A stretch of 64,000 nt of DNA, taken from the NCBI GenBank assembly GCA_036339375.1, contig JAYZBC010000066.1, positions 11,206 through 75,205 on the forward strand, given 5' to 3'. Below the pieces are notes generated by a model that had not been told where the DNA came from, searched no databases, and saw only the letters and a list, made by a program, of their open reading frames with translations. A program made the translations under genes and the position numbers. Shown here in pieces: positions 49,304-59,738 of this stretch (within the stretch, counting starts at the first letter, position 1; each line of letters opens with the position of its first letter). This DNA is from Pseudomonadota bacterium. Lineage in GTDB: Bacteria; Pseudomonadota; Alphaproteobacteria; MPNO01; UBA2964.

Positions 49304-50127
49304 AACCAAACTCATTTGATTATCTCAAAGTTTTAACCTCTGAAGAGGCAGTAGCTGCCCTTTCAGAAGGGGGAGATGAAGCAAGAATAATTGCGGGAGG
49401 TCTTTCCTTGGTTCCAATTTTAAATTTTCGTTTAGCAGAACCACAAATGCTCATCGATATTTCCGGAGCAAAAACATTAAACTACATTCGAGAAACTGAT
49501 GATAAAGTTGAAATAGGTGCTTCTACCAGACAATGCCAGTTAGAGAACTGGAGTGATTTAGAGGAAAGACTACCCATGCTTAAAGCGGCCTTTCCTTTTA
49601 TTGGCCACTACCAAACCCGTGCAAAGGGGACAGTTTGTGGTTCTTTGGTCCATGCCGATCCCAGTTCGGAATTACCACTTTGTCTTGCAACACTTGGTGG
49701 GGAGGTTGTTTTGCAGTCAGCAAAAGGGGAAAGAACCCTGTCGGCTGAAGATTTTCAGACAGGAATGTTAACCACTGCCAAACGGCCCGACGAGATGGTC
49801 GTTTCTGCCCGATACCCCATAAAACAAAAAGGGGAGGGGTATGCGTTTACAGAAATGGCACAGAGACGGGGTGATTTTGCCATTGTTGCCCTTGCAGTCG
49901 TCACCAGCCAATCAAAAATAAGACTTGGTGTTGGCGGTGTCGCTGATCGACCGACCGTTCGTGAATGGGATATGCTAGACGGCGACGCACTTGATGATGC
50001 TTTAAACGAGTTTGCGTGGGATCTCGAAGGTTATGACGATATTCACGCAACTGCCCGCTATCGCCGCGAATTGGTCAGAAGGCTAGGGCGTCGCGTGATT
50101 AAGGAGGCAATTTCATGCAACAATTAA
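49300..50127 (+). CDS. hmfB: molybdenum hydroxylase FAD subunit
   Basis: MKP..FDY, AGGLSL, GTVCGSLVHADPSSE and RRGDFA; ATGA overlap with the large subunit. Confidence 0.8.
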   Translation: MKPNSFDYLKVLTSEEAVAALSEGGDEARIIAGGLSLVPILNFRLAEPQMLIDISGAKTLNYIRETDDKVEIGASTRQCQLENWSDLEERLPMLKAAFPFIGHYQTRAKGTVCGSLVHADPSSELPLCLATLGGEVVLQSAKGERTLSAEDFQTGMLTTAKRPDEMVVSARYPIKQKGEGYAFTEMAQRRGDFAIVALAVVTSQSKIRLGVGGVADRPTVREWDMLDGDALDDALNEFAWDLEGYDDIHATARYRRELVRRLGRRVIKEAISCNN

Positions 50128-50609
50128 CAAAAGGCACTCAATACCCTGTAACCTTTTCACTAAATGGGCAAGAAGTGACGGGTCATGCAGAACCACGTAC
50201 ACTCCTTAGCGATTTTTTAACCCATGAAATCGGAATCACAAGTTGTCATGTAGGTTGCGAACATGGTGTCTGCGGTGCTTGCACAGTACTGGTCGATGGA
50301 GTTGTTTCTAGAGCTTGTTTAACCTTTGCTGTCCAAGTAGATGGTACAAAAATTCAAACTGCTGAAGGCCTTTCCGGCATCGACGGCGAACTCACAGATT
50401 TACAAAAAGCCTTTAAAAAACACCACGGGCTGCAGTGTGGTTATTGTACACCTGGGATTTTGATGTCAGTTACCGCCTATCTGGAAGAGAATTCTAACCC
50501 TACTGAGGAAGAGCTACGTGATATGCTATCTGGCCACCTTTGTAGGTGCACCGGGTATGTGGGTATCGTAAAGGCTATTTTAGACTACTGCGAAAACCGG
50601 GACGGGTAA
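50115..50609 (+). CDS. hmfC: molybdenum hydroxylase 2x[2Fe-2S] subunit
   Basis: GCEHGVCGACTV, QCGYCTPG and LCRCTGY motifs. Confidence 0.8.
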   Translation: MQQLTKGTQYPVTFSLNGQEVTGHAEPRTLLSDFLTHEIGITSCHVGCEHGVCGACTVLVDGVVSRACLTFAVQVDGTKIQTAEGLSGIDGELTDLQKAFKKHHGLQCGYCTPGILMSVTAYLEENSNPTEEELRDMLSGHLCRCTGYVGIVKAILDYCENRDG

Positions 50610-50653
50610 GCCAAGAATTTCCCCTGCCAAACTACAGGCGAAGGACACCTGGA

Positions 50654-51700
50654 ATGACTGTAATCGATTCTGATGCGCATGTTCTGGAAACTAGTCAAAC
50701 ATGGGATTTTCTTGATCCTGAGTTCAAAAAATACAGGCCAATGGTGGTTGCACAAGTCGGAGGAGAGCGAGAAATCAGTCTCCAAGGAAACCTCGTTGCA
50801 GAATATTGGGTAGTAGACGGCCGATTACACGGAAAAGAACGAAATGTTGATACAACAACCACTGTTGAATCTCGAGAATTGCAAAATGTGTCCGCCAGAA
50901 TTCATCATATGGATCAACTTAATATCGATATTCAAGTTCTTTATCCCAGCCTCTTTCTTCGGCCATATACTTCGAATGCAGAAATAGAATATGCGTTGTG
51001 TAAAAGCTACAATAGATGGCTTGCAAGTATTAATGCTCAAGCACCGGAACGCTTACGTTGGGTTGTTTGCCCTCCCCTCCTGTCCATGGACCGGGTTCGT
51101 GAGGAGCTGGCGTTCGGAAAAGAGCACGGTGCCTGCGGTATCTTTGTCAGGGCGTTTGAAACCAATCGCCTTCTTACTGACCATAAACTGTTTCCACTTT
51201 ATGCCTTAGCAGAAGAGTTTGATTTGGCCATCTGTCAGCACGCAGGGAATGACAATGCGCAAATGTTCGAGTTTTTTACTGGGTCCGCTTTCAACCAGTT
51301 TAAACTTTCAGGAGTTGGAGCTTTTCACCATTTATTATGGACGAATACACCAGAGAAATTTCCCAATGTCCGCTGGGGATTTATCGAGCTAAGCGCTCAA
51401 TGGGTCCCCTATGCCTTAAATGACCTATCTATCAAATACGAACGGTTTCGGGGCGAAAAAATGCCCGAAAACATGTTAAAAAAGAATAATTTCTGGGTGG
51501 CCTGTCAAACAACGGATGATCTGGATTATGTTCTTTCATATACAGGCGAAGACAATCTTGTCATCGGAACCGATTATGGGCATCACGACACTTCCACGGA
51601 AATTGAAGCACTCCGTACGATACGAACCATTGGGAAAATACCTTCTACGGTCTGCGATAAAATTTTAGACAACAATGCGAGAAATCTTTATGGCCTATGA
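50654..51700 (+). CDS. amidohydrolase_2 family metal-dependent hydrolase/decarboxylase
   Basis: IDSDAHV, QVLYPS, YNRWLA and GTDYGH.D; ATG at 50654. Confidence 0.85.
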   Translation: MTVIDSDAHVLETSQTWDFLDPEFKKYRPMVVAQVGGEREISLQGNLVAEYWVVDGRLHGKERNVDTTTTVESRELQNVSARIHHMDQLNIDIQVLYPSLFLRPYTSNAEIEYALCKSYNRWLASINAQAPERLRWVVCPPLLSMDRVREELAFGKEHGACGIFVRAFETNRLLTDHKLFPLYALAEEFDLAICQHAGNDNAQMFEFFTGSAFNQFKLSGVGAFHHLLWTNTPEKFPNVRWGFIELSAQWVPYALNDLSIKYERFRGEKMPENMLKKNNFWVACQTTDDLDYVLSYTGEDNLVIGTDYGHHDTSTEIEALRTIRTIGKIPSTVCDKILDNNARNLYGL

Positions 51701-51701
51701 T

Positions 51702-52103
51702 TTAGGATACCAAATCTGATTTCTTTTTAGAAGGGACACGGTCAGGGCGAACGTCCTCAAACCCGTTTTCAGATAAATCAAAATTGTTTCCGTCTGGATC
51801 AAAACCTCGATATTCAGCATAGTGTCGATCTGCCGGGCGTTTTCTCGGAGCTTTCATTCCTATTTCGTTATACCGCTCGAAAATTTCCTCATTATTATCG
51901 ACTACAAAACCAAAATGATTTAATCCGTTTGGTTTTCCTGCTGCTTTATTTGTCAATAAAGCGAGGTTCAAATAACCATCGGTTAAAAATACGCTGCCGT
52001 TATCGGCATATTTAAGGATTTTTAAACCGAAAACATTTTGATAAAACAGGGCTAATTTTTTTGGATCAACTGAAATTATTGCGAGATGTTTAATTTTTGC
52101 CAT
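51702..52103 (-). CDS. VOC/glyoxalase-family protein
   Basis: IKHLAI, FY..VFG, GLNHFGF and DPDGNNFDLS motifs. Confidence 0.85.
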   Translation of the reverse strand: MAKIKHLAIISVDPKKLALFYQNVFGLKILKYADNGSVFLTDGYLNLALLTNKAAGKPNGLNHFGFVVDNNEEIFERYNEIGMKAPRKRPADRHYAEYRGFDPDGNNFDLSENGFEDVRPDRVPSKKKSDLVS

Positions 52104-52149
52104 TTTGAACCTTTTTCCTTTAAAATTTATAATAATAATTGCAGAAACC

Positions 52150-53613
52150 CTATTCCAATTCCCATTTATCGAGAAGATTGGTTATACGTTCAATAGATGG
52201 CGCCTTGTCAAATGCATTTGCATAGGCAGCGGAGGAACGAATGGGATCACCGGCGAAATAACGTTCGTAAAGTTGCTGACGCCCTGAAAAACTTGTGAGA
52301 GCGGCATCACATGCAAGACGAAACAATCGTATCCGTTCGCGAGAGTCAATGTTTGCGGCTTGAAAATACCTTTCAATTTCCGGTGAAAGTTCGCTTTCCA
52401 ACATTGCCACCGAAGGTACCATAAATAGTCCCCCGGCACCGATGGTTTGTATGATTTCACAAGCTCTCCGAAACTGCGGTGGAAACAAAAACTTTACAGT
52501 TTGTAGGCATTCTCTCCGGGGTACGACAGTGCCTGAAGGGCCCGGGAACGCTTCTAGTTCACTTGTCACAAGACAAGCATGCACCATCTCCACTGTGTGA
52601 ATTAATTCTGCCAGCATGTTCTGGATGTGAAGAAATTGGTCAACGTTAGTAGATTTTGCCACGGTTATTGCGAGATCGCGCATGAATTCCGCCTTGGAAA
52701 GATCTTTTGTACAAAACTGATGGGAAGTGTGCGTATGTGTGTGCGTGTTTTTTTGTGCGTTATTATAAACAGCAACATCGCGAAAGATGAAGACGCGTTC
52801 CCAAGGTACCAAAACATTGTCAAAAAATACCATACAATCACTATCATCAAACCGATTTGATAACGGATAATCCATTGGAGAACCTGCATTTTGATGTATG
52901 ACTGAGGGTCTTGCTATAAGTTTTAATCCGGGAGTTGCAATCGGTATAGCAAACCCAAAGGCATGGTTTTTTGCCTCTTCGGCATCACCTAACGGGTAAG
53001 ATGGCGCAGGCATGACGACAATATCATCAGCAATTGCCGCTAAAGTAGCCAACATTCGAACCCCATTAATGATAAAACCCTTATCATTTTCACCAACAAT
53101 GCGTGCAGCGATATCCTTCACTTGTGCATCAGGCGCTTTTGATCGATCAACCTGGGGACTTACCAGTGCGTGCGTTGTCGCAATATCATTCTCCCGCGCA
53201 AATTCATAATAGGCCTCAACATTTTTACCAAATTGGCTAAGATCTGAATTAAAGGCGTCCGCTGCAGCAGCATAGGAGGATAACATAACGTTCATAAAAT
53301 CAGGGCTACGCCCAAACATCCCACAAGTATAATCATTCCAGATTTTGAACATTTCTCTCCGGCTCGTTAAATCCCCTTGTGTCCTTGGTTGTATAAACGA
53401 AAGACCAACCCGATCTCCAGTTGTGGGTGACTGGAACGTCATTTTATCGATTAAATCAGGTTTCCGTTGTAAATCGTAAAGCGCGGCTAGTGTTTTGGCA
53501 CCACCTGAAAATCTCGGATCGGTCGTGACGTCTTTTATTCGTTCACCATCGCACCACAACTCACGATCATCGCGAATTCCTTCAAGATATTCCCTACCCG
53601 TTCGAACTCCCAT
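52150..53613 (-). CDS. hpaB: two-component flavin monooxygenase, oxygenase component (4-hydroxyphenylacetate 3-hydroxylase family)
   Basis: RTGREYLE, GRSPDFMN, PQVDRS, FDNVLVPWERVF and RQQLYERYFAGDP motifs. Confidence 0.82.
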   Translation of the reverse strand: MGVRTGREYLEGIRDDRELWCDGERIKDVTTDPRFSGGAKTLAALYDLQRKPDLIDKMTFQSPTTGDRVGLSFIQPRTQGDLTSRREMFKIWNDYTCGMFGRSPDFMNVMLSSYAAAADAFNSDLSQFGKNVEAYYEFARENDIATTHALVSPQVDRSKAPDAQVKDIAARIVGENDKGFIINGVRMLATLAAIADDIVVMPAPSYPLGDAEEAKNHAFGFAIPIATPGLKLIARPSVIHQNAGSPMDYPLSNRFDDSDCMVFFDNVLVPWERVFIFRDVAVYNNAQKNTHTHTHTSHQFCTKDLSKAEFMRDLAITVAKSTNVDQFLHIQNMLAELIHTVEMVHACLVTSELEAFPGPSGTVVPRRECLQTVKFLFPPQFRRACEIIQTIGAGGLFMVPSVAMLESELSPEIERYFQAANIDSRERIRLFRLACDAALTSFSGRQQLYERYFAGDPIRSSAAYANAFDKAPSIERITNLLDKWELE

Positions 53614-53694
53614 TACTGCCCTTACTATTTTCGTTACAGGACCTCTCCCAAATAACCCTGTCGTTTGTATATTCTAAACTGGGGATATTGAACC

Positions 53695-55086
53695 TTATCT
53701 AATACTCATTTTCTCCCTACATTCTGCAAGTAATGCCAAAACCTCAAAAGGTTCTTCTACCAGCATATAACAGGGCACACCTTTTGTTTCTAAAAATTTC
53801 TTTGTATCAATGTTGTGCTGATGATCTCCCATAAAAGTGACATAAATGGGCTTTTTAGAAAATTTGTTTTTCAGGTCTACAATAAATTTTGATGAGGGTA
53901 AGCCTGTTTCTGTTGTTAGCATCATAATGACAACGACAGCATCAATATTTCGATCCCTCAAAACAGCATCCAAAGCATCACCGTAGGCTTTTTCATAGCC
54001 CACCATTCCCACACTGCCAAAAATATCGACTGGGTTTCTCATCCGAATAAACTGAGGAGCAAATTTCTGAAGCCTTTTGCGAGTTTTCTCTTCCAATTTT
54101 GGTACTTCAAGGCCGAGTGATCGACAGGTATCTGTGAGACAAACTGTAAAGGCTCCCGATGGGGAAAGAAACGAAACTCTGTTACCCTGGGGTAATGGTT
54201 GAGAATCAAGAGCTTTAGCAACTTGAAACAAGTGGGAATATTTCGTTAGTCGGGTAATGCCTGCTTGTTCTATAGCACCATCCACCACGCGCCCGTCCGC
54301 GGCGAGAGATCCTGTGTGTGCAACTGCCGCCTGCGCGCCCGCCTCAGAAATACCCCCTTTCAATAGAAATACTGGCTTTTTCTTTGAAACTCGCCTTGCC
54401 ACCCGCAAAAAACGTTTGGGATTTTTAATGCTCTCCAAATACAAAAATATAGATTTACTTTCTTTGTCTTGACCAAAAAATTCCAACAAGTCGCATTCAT
54501 CCAGGTCAACTTTGTTTCCAAGACCGCACGAACGCGCAATTCCAAAATTTTCGGCTGACATAATATGGCGAAGCGAAATACCACAAAAATTTCCGGTTTG
54601 GGTAATATATGAAACACTGCCACGGGGTACAGAACCCAATGGAAAAAAACTTGAGGTATAAGACGCCGGCACGGAAACGTGGCCTGTTGTGTTGGGACCG
54701 AGTACGCGAGCACCTGATTTCTTTATCGCTACAGTTAAATCCTTCTGGAGAGCTTCACCCATCTGGTCAACTTCGGCAAAGCCGCTGGCAGCAAGAACAA
54801 TTGCCTTAATTCCTTTTTCCCCTAAAGCACAAACAACTTCAGGCGTTTGAGAAGCCGGCAACGTCACGACGGCCTGGTCAATTCCTTCGGGCAAATCACT
54901 GATGGTTTTGTATACTTTGTGGCCCCCAATCTTTCCACCCCGCGGATTGACAAGAAAAACTTTACCAGAATATCCAGCGTCACGGATGTTTCGAATAACA
55001 GTATTGCCCGGTTTACCAGGCGTGGAAGAGGCGCCAATCACACAGACACTTTTTGGCCTGAAAAACCTATCAAAGTCTGTCGACAT
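53695..55086 (-). CDS. ADP-forming acyl-CoA synthetase, alpha (CoA-binding/ligase) subunit
   Basis: PKSVCVIGAS..PGK.G, GFAE, GPNT.G, LGNKVD, AHTGSLA (phospho-His) and NPVD; ATG at 55086 likely. Confidence 0.87.
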   Translation of the reverse strand: MSTDFDRFFRPKSVCVIGASSTPGKPGNTVIRNIRDAGYSGKVFLVNPRGGKIGGHKVYKTISDLPEGIDQAVVTLPASQTPEVVCALGEKGIKAIVLAASGFAEVDQMGEALQKDLTVAIKKSGARVLGPNTTGHVSVPASYTSSFFPLGSVPRGSVSYITQTGNFCGISLRHIMSAENFGIARSCGLGNKVDLDECDLLEFFGQDKESKSIFLYLESIKNPKRFLRVARRVSKKKPVFLLKGGISEAGAQAAVAHTGSLAADGRVVDGAIEQAGITRLTKYSHLFQVAKALDSQPLPQGNRVSFLSPSGAFTVCLTDTCRSLGLEVPKLEEKTRKRLQKFAPQFIRMRNPVDIFGSVGMVGYEKAYGDALDAVLRDRNIDAVVVIMMLTTETGLPSSKFIVDLKNKFSKKPIYVTFMGDHQHNIDTKKFLETKGVPCYMLVEEPFEVLALLAECREKMSIR

Positions 55087-55087
55087 G

Positions 55088-55801
55088 TTACTGTGTACCG
55101 TTTTGTTCACCCTGTTCAGACAACAAAATTAAAGCGTCCACCACAACAGGTTTAGAACCACGGATTATCAGTGGATTGATATCAATTTCTGATATTTGCG
55201 GATGATCGAGGGCAAGTTTTCCAACAGAAATCAAAGCCTTACACAAAATTTCTGAGTCAACGGCAGGCATTCCCCTAAACGCTTTCAAAATTTTATGTCC
55301 TCGAATTGACCGCATCATATCTAGTGCATCTCGTTTAAGCAGGGGTGCTATCCGGAAAGTAACGTCTTGCAGAATCTCCGTAAAAATGCCGCCTAGTCCA
55401 AACATCACAGACGGACCAAATGATGGATCCCGATGCATACCAATCATTATCTCTCTTGAACCGGAAACCATTTCTTGTATCAAAAACGCGCCACTATAAT
55501 ATTTACCTACTCGCTGGTTAATTTGTCTGAACTCATCCACCAGCCCTTTTTGAGAGGTGATATTTACAGCGATTAAGGCCTTTTCAGTTTTGTGTATTTC
55601 GTGCGCGGAGCAAGCCTTTAGAACAACCGGATACCCAATTTTTTTTGCGGCAGACTTCGCTTCAGATTGAGTATGCACGAGTATTTCTTTGCTAACAGGA
55701 ACACCATAAGCTGCAAGCACGCGCTTGCTTTCATATTCCGACAAAGCCTTTTGCCGAGAGTTCAAAGCTTTTTGTATGATCAGTTTGCTTGATTTAGACA
55801 T
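55088..55801 (-). CDS. ADP-forming acyl-CoA synthetase, beta (ATP-grasp) subunit
   Basis: LSEYESKRVLAAYGVP, GYPVVLK, HKTE, FGPSVMFGLGGIFTE and DINP motifs. Confidence 0.87.
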   Translation of the reverse strand: MSKSSKLIIQKALNSRQKALSEYESKRVLAAYGVPVSKEILVHTQSEAKSAAKKIGYPVVLKACSAHEIHKTEKALIAVNITSQKGLVDEFRQINQRVGKYYSGAFLIQEMVSGSREIMIGMHRDPSFGPSVMFGLGGIFTEILQDVTFRIAPLLKRDALDMMRSIRGHKILKAFRGMPAVDSEILCKALISVGKLALDHPQISEIDINPLIIRGSKPVVVDALILLSEQGEQNGTQ

Positions 55802-55836
55802 TTGATTAAAAACTACATTGTCAATTTACTGTTCAT

Positions 55837-56829
55837 TCAATCGCGTCCAGTAGTCATAACCATTTTGCCAATACTTTTTTTGGCCGAAAATTGACCAAGA
55901 GCCGTTGCGAAGTTCTCCAACGAATAGGTTTGCGTAATTTTTGGTTTAATCTTTCCTTGTTTTAGCATATCAAAAATATCAGCAGAAGCAGCCTGGATAA
56001 CATGTGGTTTGTGTTTGAAGTGCAAGTCTAATCCCATTCCGGCCAAAGTAATATTTTTAACATTAAAATAATTTGGTCTTGCGGTTGGAATACCCGCCAC
56101 AAAACCTATACACACAATACGTGCCGCAAAAGACATACAACGAAGGGCAGCAGAAAAAACGTCACCTCCTACCGGATCTAAAATTACATCTACCCCGTAC
56201 CCGTCCGTAACGGCAAACACTTCCTTCCTGAGAGTTTCTGAAATGTTATCACCCATAATATTACAAACTGCATCCGCTCCATTTTCTAAAATGATTGAAC
56301 GTTTTTCGTCATCGATATCGCCCCCAATCACAAACGCACCATGCGCTTTTGCAATTTGAACGGCAGCCAGCCCTACCCCTCCGCTAGCTCCTAACACAAG
56401 AACTTTCTCTCCTTCTTGGTAAGCACCACGTTCCATCAGAGAAACCCAGGCGGTCAAATACACGGTCGTCATGCCAGCTGCAGTTAAAAAATCGACGGTT
56501 TCGGGTAAAGGGAAGCAGCGTGATTCAGGGGCCACACACTGTTCCGCATAAGCGCCATAAGTTACGAGGCAGGCTACCCTATCTCCCACTTTGAGTTTTG
56601 TAACACCCTCCCCTACTGCCGCTATTGTCCCTGCAGCATCGCGCCCCGGTGTGAAAGGTCTTTCAGGTTTTGTCTGATAAAGTCCTTGTGCCATTAACGA
56701 GTCAGGAAAATTCACGCCTATTGCATGCACGTTAATTAATACTTCTCCTGGCCCGGGGCTGGGCACAGGTAGATCCTGTAAACCATGGGAATCTATTGGT
56801 CCAAATTCTTTAATTACTACAGCTCGCAT
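55837..56829 (-). CDS. NADPH:quinone oxidoreductase family (zinc-free MDR)
   Basis: GVNFPD, G.YQ.KP..PFTPG, GASGGVG and DPVGG; ATG at 56829. Confidence 0.87.
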   Translation of the reverse strand: MRAVVIKEFGPIDSHGLQDLPVPSPGPGEVLINVHAIGVNFPDSLMAQGLYQTKPERPFTPGRDAAGTIAAVGEGVTKLKVGDRVACLVTYGAYAEQCVAPESRCFPLPETVDFLTAAGMTTVYLTAWVSLMERGAYQEGEKVLVLGASGGVGLAAVQIAKAHGAFVIGGDIDDEKRSIILENGADAVCNIMGDNISETLRKEVFAVTDGYGVDVILDPVGGDVFSAALRCMSFAARIVCIGFVAGIPTARPNYFNVKNITLAGMGLDLHFKHKPHVIQAASADIFDMLKQGKIKPKITQTYSLENFATALGQFSAKKSIGKMVMTTGRD

Positions 56830-56907
56830 TGTGTATCCTTTTTTAAATTTACTCGAACCTGCCACCGACTGAATAGTTGTTCCAAACAGTAAACACGAAA
56901 TAGCTAT

Positions 56908-58224
56908 TTACTGAGTGTTAGTCATAAGTCGTTTCCAAGCGGTATAGAGAGAACGCTGAGGCAATTCACAGGTGCCTTTATTCATCAGATTACCATGATT
57001 GTCCATCTTATCTGTATGAATACCTCGCGCAAAAAGTACCCATTCAGAGTTGCCGGCTGCTACACCTTTTTGACACCGGGTAAAATTTTCAAGATCGTCG
57101 GTTTGGATAAGTGAAGCAGCAGAGTGTGTAATGTTAAGGCCCCTGATGGTGTCATGGTTCATCTCATCCGGTGCGCCATTCAATAAAACTGGCCATACGA
57201 TAACCTCCGTAAGGTCAACGCTTATGGGTTGAATGACGCGAACATGTTGATTTAAGGCTTGCAGAGACATATTAGGAAAAAATGCTGTGTTATGACGCCT
57301 TGGCGCCAACACATCGGATAACCTCTCTGGGGAAATATTTTTTTCTAATTTTTCTACGTAGCGTTTGTAAACAGGATCATCTCTGTGATGATCAGCAACA
57401 GGCTGGTGCCCTGTATAACTGTGCCCATTTTCTGCCGCACCCCATGCTTCTCTTTTTTCCCAACGATCTGCCGCTTGACCAGCTTCACTTATTGTCGATC
57501 CCGCGTCATCACCAAGGCGCCGTGAAAATTGTTTACCTTCCTTACTCAACGTTGATTCATGACTGAATGGCACATGGTACATATCCACAGTATTTTCCAG
57601 CTGGAGTTTCCAATTGCCCCGAAAAGTATAGCGATGCATACCACCAACTAATGATACCTTTCCATCAGGTGCTCTGTCGATCAAATCGTCTATGCTGAGG
57701 CGTGAGGGTCCAAGCCACGCTTCAAGGGTTTCGCCCTCTTCTGAGAAGCTTGCAAAAACAAAACCCCTATAATTCTCAACCCTAGGGAGTTTTTGCATGC
57801 CAAGCGAAGGATCTTTAAAATCAAATGTATCCCCATACCCACGAGGCATAGAAATTGCTTCAAGGTCCCCGTTTGGTTTAAATGTCCACCCGTGGTATGG
57901 ACAACGAAATGGTAACATGTTGCCTCGGGCTTCTACACACACAGTGGCCCCTCTGTGGCCGCAACTATTATTTATGACATAAACTTGTTTGTCGGTATGC
58001 CTACTCATAATAACCGGCAAACGTCCAACGGTGCGAGTCACAAAATCTCCTGACTTTGGGACCTCACTATCGTGGCCTATGTAAACCCAAACACGTTTAA
58101 ATATACGGTCCATTTCCAATTCAAAAATTGAGTTGTCACTGTAAATAGAACGGTGCACACGATCAGGGTGGATGAGACTTCTAATTTCATTATTGGAAGT
58201 GTGAGATACTGCCCTTTTGTCCAT
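56908..58224 (-). CDS. Rieske oxygenase alpha subunit (benzoate-like group), no adjacent beta subunit
   Basis: CGHRG...CPYHGW, NWKLQLENTVDMYHVPFSH and DDLENF motifs. Confidence 0.88.
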   Translation of the reverse strand: MDKRAVSHTSNNEIRSLIHPDRVHRSIYSDNSIFELEMDRIFKRVWVYIGHDSEVPKSGDFVTRTVGRLPVIMSRHTDKQVYVINNSCGHRGATVCVEARGNMLPFRCPYHGWTFKPNGDLEAISMPRGYGDTFDFKDPSLGMQKLPRVENYRGFVFASFSEEGETLEAWLGPSRLSIDDLIDRAPDGKVSLVGGMHRYTFRGNWKLQLENTVDMYHVPFSHESTLSKEGKQFSRRLGDDAGSTISEAGQAADRWEKREAWGAAENGHSYTGHQPVADHHRDDPVYKRYVEKLEKNISPERLSDVLAPRRHNTAFFPNMSLQALNQHVRVIQPISVDLTEVIVWPVLLNGAPDEMNHDTIRGLNITHSAASLIQTDDLENFTRCQKGVAAGNSEWVLFARGIHTDKMDNHGNLMNKGTCELPQRSLYTAWKRLMTNTQ

Positions 58225-58389
58225 TTTTCTTTATACCATATTCAGTTTAACTGGCCTTCCTAAAATTACTAAAATTTTACCACCCTTTAGTGTCTTCAAA
58301 TAAATATAAAATTCAAAAAGTATACACAAACGAAAACGATTTGTCGCATGTTCAAAAAGGTGGGGAGGAGGTATTCTTATCGAATTCTC

Positions 58390-59721
58390 ATGCTCAATCC
58401 TCAAACAAAAACATCCTCGGAACGACCTGATGTTTCACTGCGAACCGAATTAGCGGTTTATGGAATTGGAACTTTCAGTACAACCACACATTTCATGCTT
58501 ATGGTAATTGTTCCAATTTGGGCAAGGGTTAATATGGGCATTCCGGAGGGTCTTACACTGGGCTTTGTCTTGGGTTGTCGGCCACTCCTTTCACTCTTTT
58601 TGTCAATTCATTTTGGAACGCTAATGGATACAATTGGAACCAAGCGTGTCCTTTTTTTTATCGGATTGATGATCTTAATTACTCCATTAATGTACCCAGC
58701 ACTGCCCTTTGTCTTCGCATTGATTACCATCCAGCTTCTCTCCGGCATCTGCGACTCAATAGGTTGGATGGGTGCCCAAACTCTCATTGGTCAGGTTATG
58801 CACGGCAGAACAAAATATGCTGGTAGGTTGGGAGCGTATATCCGAATTGGGCATATTATTGGTCCACCAGGTGTGGGAGCGGTTTGGGATATAGCCGGTC
58901 CCTGGGCAGCTTTCAGCCTTACTAGTTGTTGCGGCATCGGCTTTCTAATTTCAGTCCTATTGTTACCCAATTTAGGTTCACAAGCCTATGGAAGTGGCAC
59001 CAGTACAGACAGAGTTCGTTTACCATTCCGCTGGCGAATGCTACTTCCGGTTTCAACCGATTACATTTCTTCTTTTAAATTGCTTGCAGCTCCTTCCGTC
59101 GCAATTACGGTTATGCTCGGCATGATGGTGCATATCGGCAATAACATTCAAAGTACTTTTTATGTTGTATGGCTTGAGAAATACGTAGGTATACCAGCAA
59201 CTTTAATAGGATTTTTAATATCGTTTTCTTCAGCAGCAGCAGCAGGGGGGTCATTGCTGGCAGCGCCATTACGTCGCCGTTTTAAGCCTTTTTGGGTCCT
59301 TTGGTCATCAGTTTTTGCTGCCTTAATTTTTATTTCGATTACTCCTATTCTCGGTAGTCCGGTTGTTGTAGGAAGTGTGCGCGATTCTCTGAAATGGGTT
59401 GTAGAGTTATCTCCTATTATCGCTGCCTATATTGCCTTTTGTTTTGTATCTGGAATGCGTTCCGTATCAAATGGTATACACCAGCCTTTAGTGATAACCT
59501 TAATGTTGCAAACAGTGGGGCCTAACGAAAAAGGCAAAGCGATTGGCCTTCGGGCTACTGCCAATCGAATAACTTCCATGGCTGGTCCTTTTTTATTGGG
59601 CGGTCTCGCAGGTATAATTGGTTTAGAATATGGGTTTTATGTAATTGGAATTATTTCATCAGTTATTATGTTCTGGCTGGGTTGGCTGATGATACGTCAT
59701 CCTGAAATTCATGATTTATAG
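58390..59721 (+). CDS. MFS transporter
   Basis: About 12 hydrophobic segments; GTLMDTIG and GKAIGLRATANR; start uncertain (58348 or 58390). Confidence 0.82.
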   Translation: MLNPQTKTSSERPDVSLRTELAVYGIGTFSTTTHFMLMVIVPIWARVNMGIPEGLTLGFVLGCRPLLSLFLSIHFGTLMDTIGTKRVLFFIGLMILITPLMYPALPFVFALITIQLLSGICDSIGWMGAQTLIGQVMHGRTKYAGRLGAYIRIGHIIGPPGVGAVWDIAGPWAAFSLTSCCGIGFLISVLLLPNLGSQAYGSGTSTDRVRLPFRWRMLLPVSTDYISSFKLLAAPSVAITVMLGMMVHIGNNIQSTFYVVWLEKYVGIPATLIGFLISFSSAAAAGGSLLAAPLRRRFKPFWVLWSSVFAALIFISITPILGSPVVVGSVRDSLKWVVELSPIIAAYIAFCFVSGMRSVSNGIHQPLVITLMLQTVGPNEKGKAIGLRATANRITSMAGPFLLGGLAGIIGLEYGFYVIGIISSVIMFWLGWLMIRHPEIHDL

Positions 59722-59738
59722 GAGCTATAGGGAAATCA

